Below the pieces are notes generated by a model, which made no database searches, was not told the DNA's origin, and saw nothing but the letters and a program-made list of their open reading frames with translations. The translations under genes were made by a program, and so were the position numbers. Shown piece by piece: positions 19,524 to 29,746 of a stretch of DNA of 64,000 nucleotides. How positions within the stretch are numbered: position 1 is the first letter of the stretch; each line of letters opens with the position of its first letter. The stretch is from Planctomycetota bacterium (GTDB lineage Bacteria; Planctomycetota; MHYJ01; JACQXL01; JACQZI01), in the NCBI GenBank assembly GCA_016207825.1, contig JACQZI010000027.1, forward strand, positions 66,929-130,928, written 5' to 3'.

Positions 19524-19686
19524 AACACTTCAAAAAGTAAACCCGGCAGTTGAGTTTGCAAACGACCCGATGCTTCAGGAATTACATAAAACCAGAATTA
19601 AAATCTATTCGGAAATAAAAAACACGGATGAGCAGTCGCTGAAGAAATATTTCCAGAAGAAATCTAATGAATTCCGGAAGAAATAA
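19516..19686 (+). CDS. Small helical partner of the PIN protein (putative antitoxin); not in ORF track
   Basis: 56 aa, MSKTLQK..DPMLQELHKTRIKI..; RBS GGAGG; overlaps the PIN stop. Confidence 0.7.
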   Translation: MSKTLQKVNPAVEFANDPMLQELHKTRIKIYSEIKNTDEQSLKKYFQKKSNEFRKK

Positions 19687-19843
19687 AGGTGGAATACGAT
19701 AATTGAAATGGACACTCCGAACCACACCGGTATTCCTTAAACTGTATACCCCCTATTCCTACCTAATTCTGTATTTTCAGCCATAGGCTAATTCCAGCCT
19801 ATAGATGTGCAATTTGTTATAAAATAGTTATATCTGCTTGATT

Positions 19844-20194
19844 TTACCACTCAAATTTAGCCGCTATTTCTCCATCAACCATAACCATACAAACCATTCC
19901 TGATTGTCCTAACAACGATGTGGTTTTAGTTAAAACCGCTGTGACTTTATGTCCATCATGAGTTCCTTCCAATGTTTTCGAACTAGAGAAAGCCCCTACA
20001 GCACTTTTAATAACTTCTGTTCCATTTATCGTAATTGTTACTACTCCGGTTGTTTTATTCCAATTTCCGTTAATTTGCCATGCTGCGGAAGTACTCCCAG
20101 CAGGGCGATAACTGGATGAGCTTGACGCACTACACCCGTTAAATAAAAAGAATAAAACCGCAATGCTGACGAATACAACTATTAGTTTTTTCAT
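19844..20194 (-). CDS. Small lipoprotein of unknown function
   Basis: MKKL plus hydrophobic stretch plus FNGC lipobox. Confidence 0.75.
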   Translation of the reverse strand: MKKLIVVFVSIAVLFFLFNGCSASSSSSYRPAGSTSAAWQINGNWNKTTGVVTITINGTEVIKSAVGAFSSSKTLEGTHDGHKVTAVLTKTTSLLGQSGMVCMVMVDGEIAAKFEW

Positions 20195-20291
20195 ACCATT
20201 TCCTTTCATTAAATACTTAATTTAAAGCAACCGTGGTTAGCAAGAAGGCCGCATTTCCCTATGCGACCCTCTTGCTTTATTTGCCCATAAA

Positions 20292-20699
20292 CTATTTCTG
20301 AGCTTTTTCCTTTTCAATTGTTTCCCAAACAAGAGGCGATATTTCATTTTTAGCAACCTTACTTTCGTTCAAACAGCCATTAATCACCTCAACTTTGTAG
20401 CAACCATCGTTACGCACGACATAACAAGGGGTATTCCCTGACGCATAATCTTTAAGGTCTTGTTCCAAACCGCTTCCGTACCCTGATTTTCTCGCATAAA
20501 TCGCACCATCCGCGAAATCAATAATTAACCAAAGACCGCCGCTAGTCAGTAGGTCAAGGACAACATAACCAAATTGAACATTTCCTCTTTCGTGAGGTTT
20601 TTTGGTGCCATCTAGAATAGTTGCACAATTTATATTTGCTATTAAAAGCATCGCAATTACAAGCAATATCAGCGAAACAACCAATCGGTTTTTTGACAT
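20292..20699 (-). CDS. Lipoprotein-like membrane protein of unknown function
   Basis: Signal peptide ..NINCATIL; DLL..GLWLIIDFADGAIY segment; RBS AAGGAG. Confidence 0.72.
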   Translation of the reverse strand: MSKNRLVVSLILLVIAMLLIANINCATILDGTKKPHERGNVQFGYVVLDLLTSGGLWLIIDFADGAIYARKSGYGSGLEQDLKDYASGNTPCYVVRNDGCYKVEVINGCLNESKVAKNEISPLVWETIEKEKAQK

Positions 20700-20918
20700 A
20701 CCTATTTCTCCTTTACTTGTTTGGTTTTCTTGAATTAAAATGTGTTGAGCTTTCAAGAGGTTTCAACACTTAACCCCTCAAACGGACAGGCCTTACAGAG
20801 ATATTATGTTAATTAATACCACCTCCTTTCGCCTGATGAATTGGGTAAACTGATAGAAATAAGTTTAATAGAGAGGAAAAGAATAGGGAGGGAATTATAG
20901 TAATTTGTCTCATAAACT

Positions 20919-21076
20919 CTGCCCGCCTTTTAGCCCAATAAAAAAGGGCAAGGAACCACTGCTGGATTTTACCGCTTTCCATCCGCCAAGACTTCCAGAC
21001 GGACCAGCATGAGTGGCACCCCGCCCCAAAGGGCAGAGTCCCCGTCTGGAATTCACAAATTGTTGGCGGATGGAAA
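20919..21076 (-). ncRNA. Candidate structured RNA / long 5' leader
   Basis: 14-bp perfect stem 20976-20989/21063-21076 enclosing a 10-bp stem 20993-21002/21042-21051; promoter directly upstream. Confidence 0.45.
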
Positions 21077-21096
21077 TACTTTTTCTTTTGCCTTTA

Positions 21097-21125
21097 ATGG
21101 TATTAACTAAGGCAAGAAAAGTCAA
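21097..21125 (-). promoter_or_regulatory. Sigma-70-type promoter
   Basis: Minus strand TTGACT-17 nt-TACCAT. Confidence 0.6.
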
Positions 21126-21171
21126 GATAAAAATTGTTTTTATACAGTATTTTGGTATACTTAAAATCTAT

Positions 21172-22353
21172 ATGACTGATTATGTAACCGCCGACACCAT
21201 ACGGGGAGATTTACAGGGATATGCGCCCATTGCCAATACTCTAATACAAATAGGCGATAATGCATTTAGCGACCTTGACCGATTTTTTAAGGGAATCACA
21301 ATAGAACCTTATATTTGGATTGATAAGAAATCGGGCTTTACCGAAAATGATATTTATGACTTAACATATAAGCTATATAATTTCAATGTTACACTTATAC
21401 AATTGCTTTGGAATTTATCCAGTGTAAACAATTTAACGGCGTTTCCTGATATTAATTCAATAATTGGTGCTTTAGATGATTGCATAAAGCAAGGCGCTCA
21501 ATTTCAGGGGAGAATAAGTATATTACATAATAAAGTCAGCCCTGATAAAGAGAGAGAAAAAATAGGAGGGTGTGTACAAGGCGGAACAGAGGAACATAAA
21601 AAATTAGACTATCTTCATAGAATATTCCAATTAAAGACTATTTTTGACAGACGAATAGATATTATTAATAAACAATTCCCAAACATTATTGACCGTTTGA
21701 ATGAAATAATAAATGTAAGTTATGCGAAAAAAGATATAATGGCTCAAGAAACAAAAACACCGCCAGTGGGTTCGCGAATTACTATCCGTCTTGTTGAAAA
21801 AGGGCATAAATTAACTGTAAATGGTGATAAATTAGAAAGTACTCCAAAACTTCTTTCCAATATCATTTGCGCACGGGCTTATGGAGTGCAAACCGCTGAA
21901 GCCTTAGTAAAGGCATCCGCCAAGTTTATGCGTAATGTCTTTCGTCCTAATTGTAAAGTTGGACGGACTAAATGGGACATCAAAAACCAGAAGAAAAATT
22001 TAGGGCGGGAAATAAAACGGATAAACAGCCTATTTCCTCAGCCAATAATAAAGTGGGATAAAAAGAATGCAGAGTGGATACAAGCAGGCGAACAATATAT
22101 TAATTTTCAGAAAGAAAGCAGTAATAAATTGTTATCTCCGAATGAACTGAGAGATTTTATTCAGCCATACCTTTCCAGCGTCAGACGTACCAGCGAAGAA
22201 GTCAGGAAAAGCAAGACTGTTTCACCCAAGAGTAAAACCTTTACGACGTCCCCTGATAAAATAGATTATGCGGCTAATCCTTCCAAAGAGAGTATTCAAA
22301 AACGTAGAGAAGGCAAGAAAGCTTACGAAGAATCAGACGACGATAACAATTAA
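21172..22353 (+). CDS. Hypothetical protein, possible C-terminal winged-helix DNA-binding domain
   Basis: Long AT-rich ORF; basic C-terminal half (KLTVNG..KLLSNI..NLGREIKRINSLF). Domain call is weak. Confidence 0.6.
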   Translation: MTDYVTADTIRGDLQGYAPIANTLIQIGDNAFSDLDRFFKGITIEPYIWIDKKSGFTENDIYDLTYKLYNFNVTLIQLLWNLSSVNNLTAFPDINSIIGALDDCIKQGAQFQGRISILHNKVSPDKEREKIGGCVQGGTEEHKKLDYLHRIFQLKTIFDRRIDIINKQFPNIIDRLNEIINVSYAKKDIMAQETKTPPVGSRITIRLVEKGHKLTVNGDKLESTPKLLSNIICARAYGVQTAEALVKASAKFMRNVFRPNCKVGRTKWDIKNQKKNLGREIKRINSLFPQPIIKWDKKNAEWIQAGEQYINFQKESSNKLLSPNELRDFIQPYLSSVRRTSEEVRKSKTVSPKSKTFTTSPDKIDYAANPSKESIQKRREGKKAYEESDDDNN

Positions 22354-22592
22354 CCTCCTACTGATAATATTATATTAACCGTCTCAAGGTAATACATATT
22401 ACCCCCGGTGTAAACTGCTTTACACCGTTTTCCCATCCTATCGAGCTTTAAAACATATTCATAACTCCTTATTACATCTTAAGATAAAAATTCGCATGTT
22501 TTTTTCAGCTTCTATACATTTTTTCTCCGTTACCCCCTTTTTTACGCCTATATAACTGAGGAGAGATATAACTCTCCCAGAAAGGAGTTCCT

Positions 22593-22838
22593 ATGATGAA
22601 CTATATAGGTTCACGGATATTAGCCAAGGCGGTGGAAAAGGGAATCATCAGCGAAATTGAGGCGGAGATAGTAGTAAAGAATGCCTGCTATGAGCGGTCT
22701 TTTATTTACATCTCTTTGGAATTGAGTATGCCCACTAAAGTAGCAGAACGGCTTTATAATGGAGCAATCCCGAAACTAAGAAAGTGGCTCCATAAAGAAG
22801 TTATAATAATGCCAAGAGGGAAGATTATCTGCGATTAA
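22593..22838 (+). CDS. Small sigma-70 region 4-like HTH protein
   Basis: ISEIEAEIV..RSFIYISLELSMPTKVAERLYNGAIPKLRK; RBS AAGGAG. Confidence 0.65.
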   Translation: MMNYIGSRILAKAVEKGIISEIEAEIVVKNACYERSFIYISLELSMPTKVAERLYNGAIPKLRKWLHKEVIIMPRGKIICD

Positions 22839-22969
22839 GAGTTCTGCCGGGGAGAGCCGGGATAGAAGGCGCTCTCCTTTCTGTCCCGCCCGGCTGACTA
22901 CTTTTGAATGGCTACCTGTTAATGCCTGTTACGGGCAAAGTCATGGAAACTAAACAGGCGAAAACTATT

Positions 22970-23053
22970 ATGAAAAAGAGTTTTTGGAAGCGAATCATAA
23001 GAGCGGTTTTAGAAATCGTTCTTACCGTGGTTCGTAACAGGGCTAAAAAGTAA
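22970..23053 (+). CDS. Putative 27-aa cationic amphipathic peptide
   Basis: MKKSFWKRIIRAVLEIVLTVVRNRAKK; alternative in-frame ATG at 22943. Confidence 0.4.
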   Translation: MKKSFWKRIIRAVLEIVLTVVRNRAKK

Positions 23054-23136
23054 TTAGCCAAAAGCGCAAAGTAAAAAGCCCTGAACCATGCCCCCGCTAA
23101 AGACGTGGTCAGGTATCAGGGCGGGAGGATATTACG

Positions 23137-23934
23137 ATGAGTATAATAAAAATGCATCTGATTTTAGCCATTAACCCATTGACCCAGGCAGTCGCCAAAA
23201 TCGGCAAGATATGGGCAGACGGCTTGAGTAACAATGCGGAGAAAATGGATGACCGCATCAAAACAAGTATCCCGGATGAAATGACCTATCTTTCCAAGCT
23301 GGCGGATACTTCCGAACTGGAATTCCGCCGGGTGATTGACCCATCCTTTACCAACCGTAAAGGCGAGGATAAGAATAAGATTAATGCCACACAGGCATAT
23401 AAAATCAGGAAGTCTTATCCAAAATACCAGCGGAACCGGACCCATATGTTCGAGACCGTTGACGGCGTTACTGCCAAGCGGTTTAAGGACAGGGTTCAGG
23501 CATCACAGGATACCTATGCGGAAAGGGTAAGCGAAACGACCCTCGCCTTTACCGGCATAAAGAGCCTGGAATCAGGCCCGGCAAGGATTGTGATATTCTG
23601 GCTGACCGGCGACCCCAAGGCGCGCGGGTTAATCAGGCCTGCCGACCGGATTATGGCGCCGAGCGAGCCTTTCAGCGTTACCACGCCGGAGAAAAGGAAC
23701 CTTTTAAGGCAGGCGCTTTCCACCCGCTTAATCCAGAGCGGGATGCGGATTGTCCATTCGGCTCTGTCTGGCTCCATCATCACGGAGATGAATAATGTGG
23801 GCAATTCGGTAGTCCAGGGATATCTTGACCCATCTTTAGGGCTGGAGTCCTTTACTCCGGGCGGGGCGAGCCATCTTGACTTTATCAAGGAGAATGGGCA
23901 GTTGTTCCTTTCTGTTAAGGTTAGTCAGGTGTAA
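23137..23934 (+). CDS. Hypothetical protein (265 aa)
   Basis: Intact ORF with GGAGG RBS and downstream terminator; no recognised family. Confidence 0.75.
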   Translation: MSIIKMHLILAINPLTQAVAKIGKIWADGLSNNAEKMDDRIKTSIPDEMTYLSKLADTSELEFRRVIDPSFTNRKGEDKNKINATQAYKIRKSYPKYQRNRTHMFETVDGVTAKRFKDRVQASQDTYAERVSETTLAFTGIKSLESGPARIVIFWLTGDPKARGLIRPADRIMAPSEPFSVTTPEKRNLLRQALSTRLIQSGMRIVHSALSGSIITEMNNVGNSVVQGYLDPSLGLESFTPGGASHLDFIKENGQLFLSVKVSQV

Positions 23935-24019
23935 ACCAGTAGCGAGTAGCGAGACGGCCCCCCGACATCCGTCGGGGGACGCCTGATAAATGTTAAACGG
24001 GTAGAGGCGGGTTGATAAG

Positions 24020-24051
24020 AGAGGGCGGGGTTTATCCCGCCCTCTTTCTTT
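24020..24051 (+). terminator. Rho-independent terminator
   Basis: AGAGGGCGGG-gtttat-CCCGCCCTCT followed by TTCTTT. Confidence 0.65.
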
Positions 24052-24186
24052 ATAGGATTTGGACCAAATATATGCCATCTTTCACTTGACAAATAAGCGT
24101 TATTTTGAGATTATACGCAATAATTTTAACACTAAAACACGAAACTGGAATATGAAACACGGAAGAATTATTTCGTGCCCCATTCT

Positions 24187-24268
24187 GGGACTCCCTATTA
24201 CGGTACGCCCCACGTGCGGGGCTGACCGCCGAGGGGTCGGGTGTCCCCGAAGCAAAGCGGAGTGGGGC
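24187..24268 (+). repeat. Copy of modular palindromic element in the bamA leader
   Basis: gggactccctatta..gggtgtccccgaagcaaagcggagtggggc. Confidence 0.65.
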
Positions 24269-24305
24269 TTTCGTGATAGCTTCTGTGTTTTCGTGTAGAA
24301 GCCCT

Positions 24306-26687
24306 ATGAAATATAATATGCTTAAATGGTTTTGGGTCTGCTTTTTCCTGGTTGCCTTAGCCCTGCCTTTTTCCCGGGCGGAGGAAAAGGATGAGGGTAA
24401 AATAATCAGGAAAGTGGAAGTCATCGGCCTGGAGCGCCATGCCCAATCCGAAATCGCCACCCATATCCAGTCCGCGGAAAACGCCCCCTTTTCCTATAAG
24501 ACCTTCCAGGAAGATATCCAGCGCCTGAATGACACCGGCATCTTCAGTTCCATCAACTGGGAAATCATGCCCATGGATGACGGCGTAAAGATTATCATCT
24601 ACGTCAAGGAAAACGAAATAGTCGAGAATATTTATTACGACGGCTTTGCCCACGTGAACGTCAAAACACTGGTGAATGATTTAAAGCTTAAGACAGACGG
24701 CCCTTTCAACGAGTATTATCTCCTGAGCGATAAGAAGCTCCTGGAAGAGGAATACCGGAAGAAAGGCTACCATTTCGCCGAGGTGACCGTTAAAAAATCC
24801 AAGGGCCTGCGCGGCGTCCTTATCATCTATTCCGTGCGCGAAGGGCCGGCCGTCCGGGTCAACCGGATAACCATCACCGGCAACAAGTCTTTCCCCAAAA
24901 GGCGCGTCCTGCTCATTTTCCCCAAGCACCCGATTATGGGCAAGATGCGGACCAAGGAAAGCCACTGGTATGGAAGCCATTATTTTGTGGAATCCGAGGT
25001 ATTCGTCGACCTTTCGCTCATCGAGAATTTTTACCGCGACGAAGGCTGGCTGGATGCCGCCGCTTTTGTCGGCGATATGGTATTTACGGAAAAGAAGGAC
25101 AGGGTGAATATCAATATTAATATCGTGGAAGGCGCCCGCTATTTTATCCGGAAAATAGACGTGGTCGGGAACGCGAGCATCCCGACCGGGGAGCTTTTAA
25201 AGGATTTGACGATGAAAGAAGGCTCGGCTTACCGGATGGAAGAGGTGGTCAGGGCAATCAAGGTGATGCGCCGCCGTTACGGGAAGCTGGGGATGATAGA
25301 TTGCATGATAGAGCCGCGCATGCATTACCCGCAGGAAGGCACGCTGGATTTGACTTTCCATATTGACGAATGCGGCAAGAAATACCTGGGCAAACTTAAT
25401 ATTACCGGCAACCATAAAACCAAAGATAAGGTAATCCGCCGCGAGTTTACCATTCATCCGGGAGAGCTTTTGGATTATGAGAAGGTGGAAGCGAGCCTCG
25501 ACCGGGTGGGCGCGACGATGTTTTTCCAGCAGGTAAAGCCGCCGGAGTTCGATGACGGTTACGGGGAAAACGTTAAAGACATGAACCTGGAAATAGAAGA
25601 GGGCCCCACGGGCAGCCTCAATATCGGCGGCGGTTTCAGCTCGAACAGCGGCTTCGGCGGGATGCTTTCCATTACGCAGAATAATTTCGATATTGCCCGG
25701 ACGCCGGAAAGTGTCGGCCAGTTTTTCACGGGCGGCTCGTTTGCCGGGGGCGGTCAGCGGTTTGCGATTACCCTGCGCCCGGGAGTGAAGCTGACCCAAT
25801 TCAGCATACAGTTTGTGGAACCGTACTTATTCGATAAGCCCCTGATGCTGGGCGCTAACTATTCGATATGGGACCGCAACTGGATAGATTATTCCGAAAC
25901 GCGCTCGACGACCGGGCTGTCGCTCGACCGGCGCTTTAAAGGCGGGCTGATAATCGGGTGCGACATGAATTTCCAGTATATCGATATTTCCCAGGTGGAT
26001 GACGATGCCTCTTCCATCATACAGGATTTGGAAGGGACGGACCGCGCGAATGCAATCATTCCTGCAATCACTTTTGACAGGCGTAATTTCCGGCTCCTGC
26101 CGACCAAGGGCTACCGCTTGCACCTGGAAAACTCTTTTACCGGCGGGTTTATGGGCGGTGATTTCGACTTCATGAAAACCGTCTTCCGGGCGGAAAGCTA
26201 CTTCCCGATTATCGAGGAGCAGAATAAGCTTATCTGTAATATGATATTCAGGTTAGGGCGCGTTGTGAATACGTCCGATACGGAAGAAGTTCCGTTTTAC
26301 GAAAAGTTCTATGCCGGCGGCACGGATACGGTCAGGGGTTTTGATTACCGGACCATCAGTCCCAAGGACCCCGGTGATAACGATTTATCGATTGGCGGGC
26401 TGGTTTATAACGTGGTAAACTTGGAGGTGACTTATCCTTTATACCGGGGTGATGAAACCACCAAGCCTTTTGAAATACCGCGCTTCGTGATGTTTGTCGA
26501 TGCGGGCAATGTCGCCGATAAGATACAAGACCTGACCGCGGATACATACCGTGTTTCCTGGGGCTTTGGTTTCAGGATGTACCTGGGCGGTTCGGTCCCG
26601 ATAAACCTTTTTGCCGGATTCCCCTTGAAGATGGAAGACGGCGACGATCGCGATACGATACAGTTTGATATCGGATTTATGTATTAA
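24306..26687 (+). CDS. bamA: Outer membrane protein assembly factor BamA
   Basis: POTRA repeats (ITGNHKTKDKVIRRE), FYAGGTDTVRGF, aromatic C-terminus. Confidence 0.94.
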   Translation: MKYNMLKWFWVCFFLVALALPFSRAEEKDEGKIIRKVEVIGLERHAQSEIATHIQSAENAPFSYKTFQEDIQRLNDTGIFSSINWEIMPMDDGVKIIIYVKENEIVENIYYDGFAHVNVKTLVNDLKLKTDGPFNEYYLLSDKKLLEEEYRKKGYHFAEVTVKKSKGLRGVLIIYSVREGPAVRVNRITITGNKSFPKRRVLLIFPKHPIMGKMRTKESHWYGSHYFVESEVFVDLSLIENFYRDEGWLDAAAFVGDMVFTEKKDRVNININIVEGARYFIRKIDVVGNASIPTGELLKDLTMKEGSAYRMEEVVRAIKVMRRRYGKLGMIDCMIEPRMHYPQEGTLDLTFHIDECGKKYLGKLNITGNHKTKDKVIRREFTIHPGELLDYEKVEASLDRVGATMFFQQVKPPEFDDGYGENVKDMNLEIEEGPTGSLNIGGGFSSNSGFGGMLSITQNNFDIARTPESVGQFFTGGSFAGGGQRFAITLRPGVKLTQFSIQFVEPYLFDKPLMLGANYSIWDRNWIDYSETRSTTGLSLDRRFKGGLIIGCDMNFQYIDISQVDDDASSIIQDLEGTDRANAIIPAITFDRRNFRLLPTKGYRLHLENSFTGGFMGGDFDFMKTVFRAESYFPIIEEQNKLICNMIFRLGRVVNTSDTEEVPFYEKFYAGGTDTVRGFDYRTISPKDPGDNDLSIGGLVYNVVNLEVTYPLYRGDETTKPFEIPRFVMFVDAGNVADKIQDLTADTYRVSWGFGFRMYLGGSVPINLFAGFPLKMEDGDDRDTIQFDIGFMY

Positions 26688-26793
26688 TGATTAGTTAATG
26701 AAAATCCCAGCCAAACTGCGGTTGGGATAAGACGCTGTAACAGTCTTTGGCTACTTCGTATCCAAAGCCTTAACAGCCTCTAAGGAGGAGAAT

Positions 26794-27429
26794 ATGAAAA
26801 AGCTATTAGCAATGGCGTTGATAACCCTGGTGATAGTGGCAGCCGGTAAACTGACTTGGTTAAGCGGACAGGCAGCGGAAACCCCGCCGGTTCCGCCCGT
26901 GCCGCCGGTTCCCGCGCCAGCCCCGGCCGGGATTAAAATCGGGGTGGTTAATATTTTCGATGTGTTCAGCAAGTTCAAAAAACGCGATGCTTACCAGAAA
27001 GAACTAAGCAAGGAAGAAGCCGAAGAATACAGGAGCTGGAAAAAGGATTACGATGATGTCATAATGGAAAACCAGAAGTTGATGGAAGAAAACAACGACC
27101 CGAACAGCGATTTATGGGCGACCCTTTCCAGCCGCATAGAAACGCTCAGGATGCAGAAGGAACAGCGCATTAAGTTGTGGCGTAAACGGATGAACAAGAA
27201 AATCAATACCCAGATGGCGCAGCTTTATAATGAAGTCCGTGAAACCATAGATGCTTACGGCAAGGAAAAAGGTTTTGCGCTGATACTTAAAACAGAACCG
27301 GACCGCATCGTGAATTCCAATAACCAGGATGAAGACGCCCAGATGGGGATTAATTTCCGGACGGTTCTTTTCAGCCAGGGCGCCGTTGATATTACCGCCG
27401 ATATCATTAAGAAACTTAACGGAGAATGA
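26794..27429 (+). CDS. skp: OmpH/Skp periplasmic chaperone
   Basis: KIGVVNI..coiled coil..GFALIL..DITADIIKKLN; lies between bamA and lpxD. Confidence 0.88.
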   Translation: MKKLLAMALITLVIVAAGKLTWLSGQAAETPPVPPVPPVPAPAPAGIKIGVVNIFDVFSKFKKRDAYQKELSKEEAEEYRSWKKDYDDVIMENQKLMEENNDPNSDLWATLSSRIETLRMQKEQRIKLWRKRMNKKINTQMAQLYNEVRETIDAYGKEKGFALILKTEPDRIVNSNNQDEDAQMGINFRTVLFSQGAVDITADIIKKLNGE

Positions 27430-27432
27430 TTT

Positions 27433-28434
27433 GTGCAGGTTAATGTTTCGCAATTAGCCCGTTTGGTTAACGGGAAGGTTTCCGGGAACGGGAATGCGGC
27501 GATAAGCGGGTTTGCCGGCATAAACGAAGCGCGCAAGGGCGATGTCACTTTTATCGCCAACGATAAATATATCGGATGCCTTAAAGCGACGAGGGCTTCG
27601 GCCGTGGTCGTTTCCGCCAAGCTTAAAGCCAAGACGAATATTCCTTTAATCCGCACGAAGAACCCGGATTTTGCATTTATTAAGATTGCGGAATATTTTA
27701 GTTTAAACCGGGCGGCCTTTAAGCCCGGCATCCACCGGACGGTGATTGTCGGGGCGAATGCCCGGATAAGCCCTTCGGCGGCCGTGCAGGCGTATGTCAC
27801 AATCGGGGAAGGAACGAGAATCGGCAGCCGGACAGAAATATATCCGAATGTTTATATCGGCAAAAACGTAACCATCGGGGATAATTGCCTGGTTTACGCG
27901 AACGTATCCATACGGGAAGGAACCGTCATCGGCAACAATGTGATTATCCATAGCGGGACGGTCATCGGTTCGGACGGATTCGGTTACGCGCAAATCGGTC
28001 GGAGACGCTATAAAATTCCGCAGACGGGAATCGTGGTGATAGAAGACGACGTGGAAATCGGGGCGAATGTCACCATTGACCGGGCGCGGTTTGATAAAAC
28101 AGTTATCGGGAAAGGAACCAAGATTGATAACCTGGTGCATATCGCACATAATGTGGTTATCGGAGAGGATTCCGTCTTGGTCGCCCAGGTGGGGATTTCC
28201 GGCAGTGCCCGCTTGGGAAAGAACGTTACCATGGCGGGTCAGTCGGCAACGGTCGGCCATATTTCCATCGGGGATAATGTGATGGTTGCCGGGCGGTCGG
28301 TGGTGACCAAGAATATTCCTTCGGGGGCGGTTATTTCCGGCTTCCCTGCGCAATTGCACAAGAAGCAATTGAAGCAGGAGGCGTTAATCAGAAGACTGCC
28401 CGAATTATATAAGTCCTTGAAAAACAGGAAGTAA
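27433..28434 (+). CDS. lpxD: UDP-3-O-acylglucosamine N-acyltransferase
   Basis: [28 protein letters not shown]. Confidence 0.96.
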   Translation: MQVNVSQLARLVNGKVSGNGNAAISGFAGINEARKGDVTFIANDKYIGCLKATRASAVVVSAKLKAKTNIPLIRTKNPDFAFIKIAEYFSLNRAAFKPGIHRTVIVGANARISPSAAVQAYVTIGEGTRIGSRTEIYPNVYIGKNVTIGDNCLVYANVSIREGTVIGNNVIIHSGTVIGSDGFGYAQIGRRRYKIPQTGIVVIEDDVEIGANVTIDRARFDKTVIGKGTKIDNLVHIAHNVVIGEDSVLVAQVGISGSARLGKNVTMAGQSATVGHISIGDNVMVAGRSVVTKNIPSGAVISGFPAQLHKKQLKQEALIRRLPELYKSLKNRK

Positions 28435-28444
28435 TTTAGTTTAT

Positions 28445-29743
28445 ATGATGCAGTCAACAATCGGAAAAGCGGTTTCGTTCGAAGGAGTGGGCGTATTTTC
28501 CGGGAACAAGGTCAAGATAACCCTTGCGCCGGCCGCTCCGGATACGGGCGTTGTTTTTATCCGAAGCGACCTGAAAGACAGCCCGCGCATCCCGGCGACG
28601 GTTGATTTTGCCCAGACCAGATATCGCCATACCTGCCTGGTAAACAATGACGCATCGGTTGAGACGGTCGAGCATTTACTTGCATCCTTGCACGGATTCG
28701 GGATTGATAATTTGGAAATAACCATAGACGCGCCTGAATTGCCGGTGGGCGACGGCAGTGCGAATGAATTCATTAAGCTCCTTCAATCGGCGGGTAAGGT
28801 CATGCAGGATTCTGCCAGGAAGGAATTTGCCCTTAAAGCGCCCGTGGCGATAGAAAAGAACGGGGTTTCTTTGGTGGCACTGCCTTCGGATGATAAGCTG
28901 ACCGTTGATTATACTTTAAAATACGATGCGCCGATAATCGGGACGCAGAACATGAGGGTTTCTGTCAACCAGGACGAGTTCTTGAGGGAAATCGCGCCGG
29001 CAAGGACTTTTTGCCTGGCGGAAGAAATAGAACAGTTTAACAAAATGGGGCTGGGCAAGGGCGGCTCATATAAAAATACGTTGGTGGTGGATAAAGACAA
29101 GGTCGTGGATAACGAACTGCGTTTCCCCAACGAGTTTGTTCGCCATAAGATACTTGATTTAATCGGCGATTTATTTTTACTGAATGTTTCCCTTAAAGCG
29201 CACATCATTGCTTTGAAGACCGGGCATGAGGATAATCTTAACCTGGTAAAGGCGCTGCACGGCGTGATAAATTCAATCCAGCCCGCGTATCCGGCGAAAA
29301 GGGAAACGCTTTTGGACGTAAGGGAAATACAAAATATCTTGCCGCACCGCTATCCTTTTTTATTGATAGACAAAGTAATCAAGATGGAAGGATATTCGCG
29401 GGTGGTTGGCTTGAAGAACGCGACGGCAAACGAGCATTTTTTCCAGGGGCATTTCCCGGGGCAGCCGGTAATGCCGGCGGTTTTGCAGTTGGAGGCGATG
29501 GCGCAGCTTGCCGGGGTGCTTTTATTGCGCCGGGCGGGAAATGAGAAGAAACTCGGGATTCTGATGGCGATAGATGGCGCAAAACTGAGGAAATCGGTCG
29601 TTCCGGGTGACCAGCTGTTTATCGAGGCTGAAACTATCCGTTATAAGACAAGAACGGCGGAAGTCCACGGGAAAATATTGGTTGATGGCGAGCTCGTTTC
29701 CGAGGCTGATTTTAAGTTTATGCTGGTAGATAAGGAAAACTAA
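28445..29743 (+). CDS. lpxC/fabZ: Bifunctional LpxC/FabZ
   Basis: TVEHLLA, HKILDLIGD (LpxC); LPHRYPFLLID, FFQGHFPG (FabZ). Confidence 0.96.
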   Translation: MMQSTIGKAVSFEGVGVFSGNKVKITLAPAAPDTGVVFIRSDLKDSPRIPATVDFAQTRYRHTCLVNNDASVETVEHLLASLHGFGIDNLEITIDAPELPVGDGSANEFIKLLQSAGKVMQDSARKEFALKAPVAIEKNGVSLVALPSDDKLTVDYTLKYDAPIIGTQNMRVSVNQDEFLREIAPARTFCLAEEIEQFNKMGLGKGGSYKNTLVVDKDKVVDNELRFPNEFVRHKILDLIGDLFLLNVSLKAHIIALKTGHEDNLNLVKALHGVINSIQPAYPAKRETLLDVREIQNILPHRYPFLLIDKVIKMEGYSRVVGLKNATANEHFFQGHFPGQPVMPAVLQLEAMAQLAGVLLLRRAGNEKKLGILMAIDGAKLRKSVVPGDQLFIEAETIRYKTRTAEVHGKILVDGELVSEADFKFMLVDKEN

Positions 29744-29746
29744 AGT

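Noticed and set aside
12726-24051. Prophage or ICE integrated at tRNA-Pro
   Set aside because: No integrase, no recognisable phage structural genes and no distal att duplicate; the only duplicate lies 104 nt upstream.
26879-26928. Pro-rich repeat in skp as a repeat element
   Set aside because: In-frame low-complexity linker (PPVPPVPPVPAPAP) unrelated to the other repeat families.
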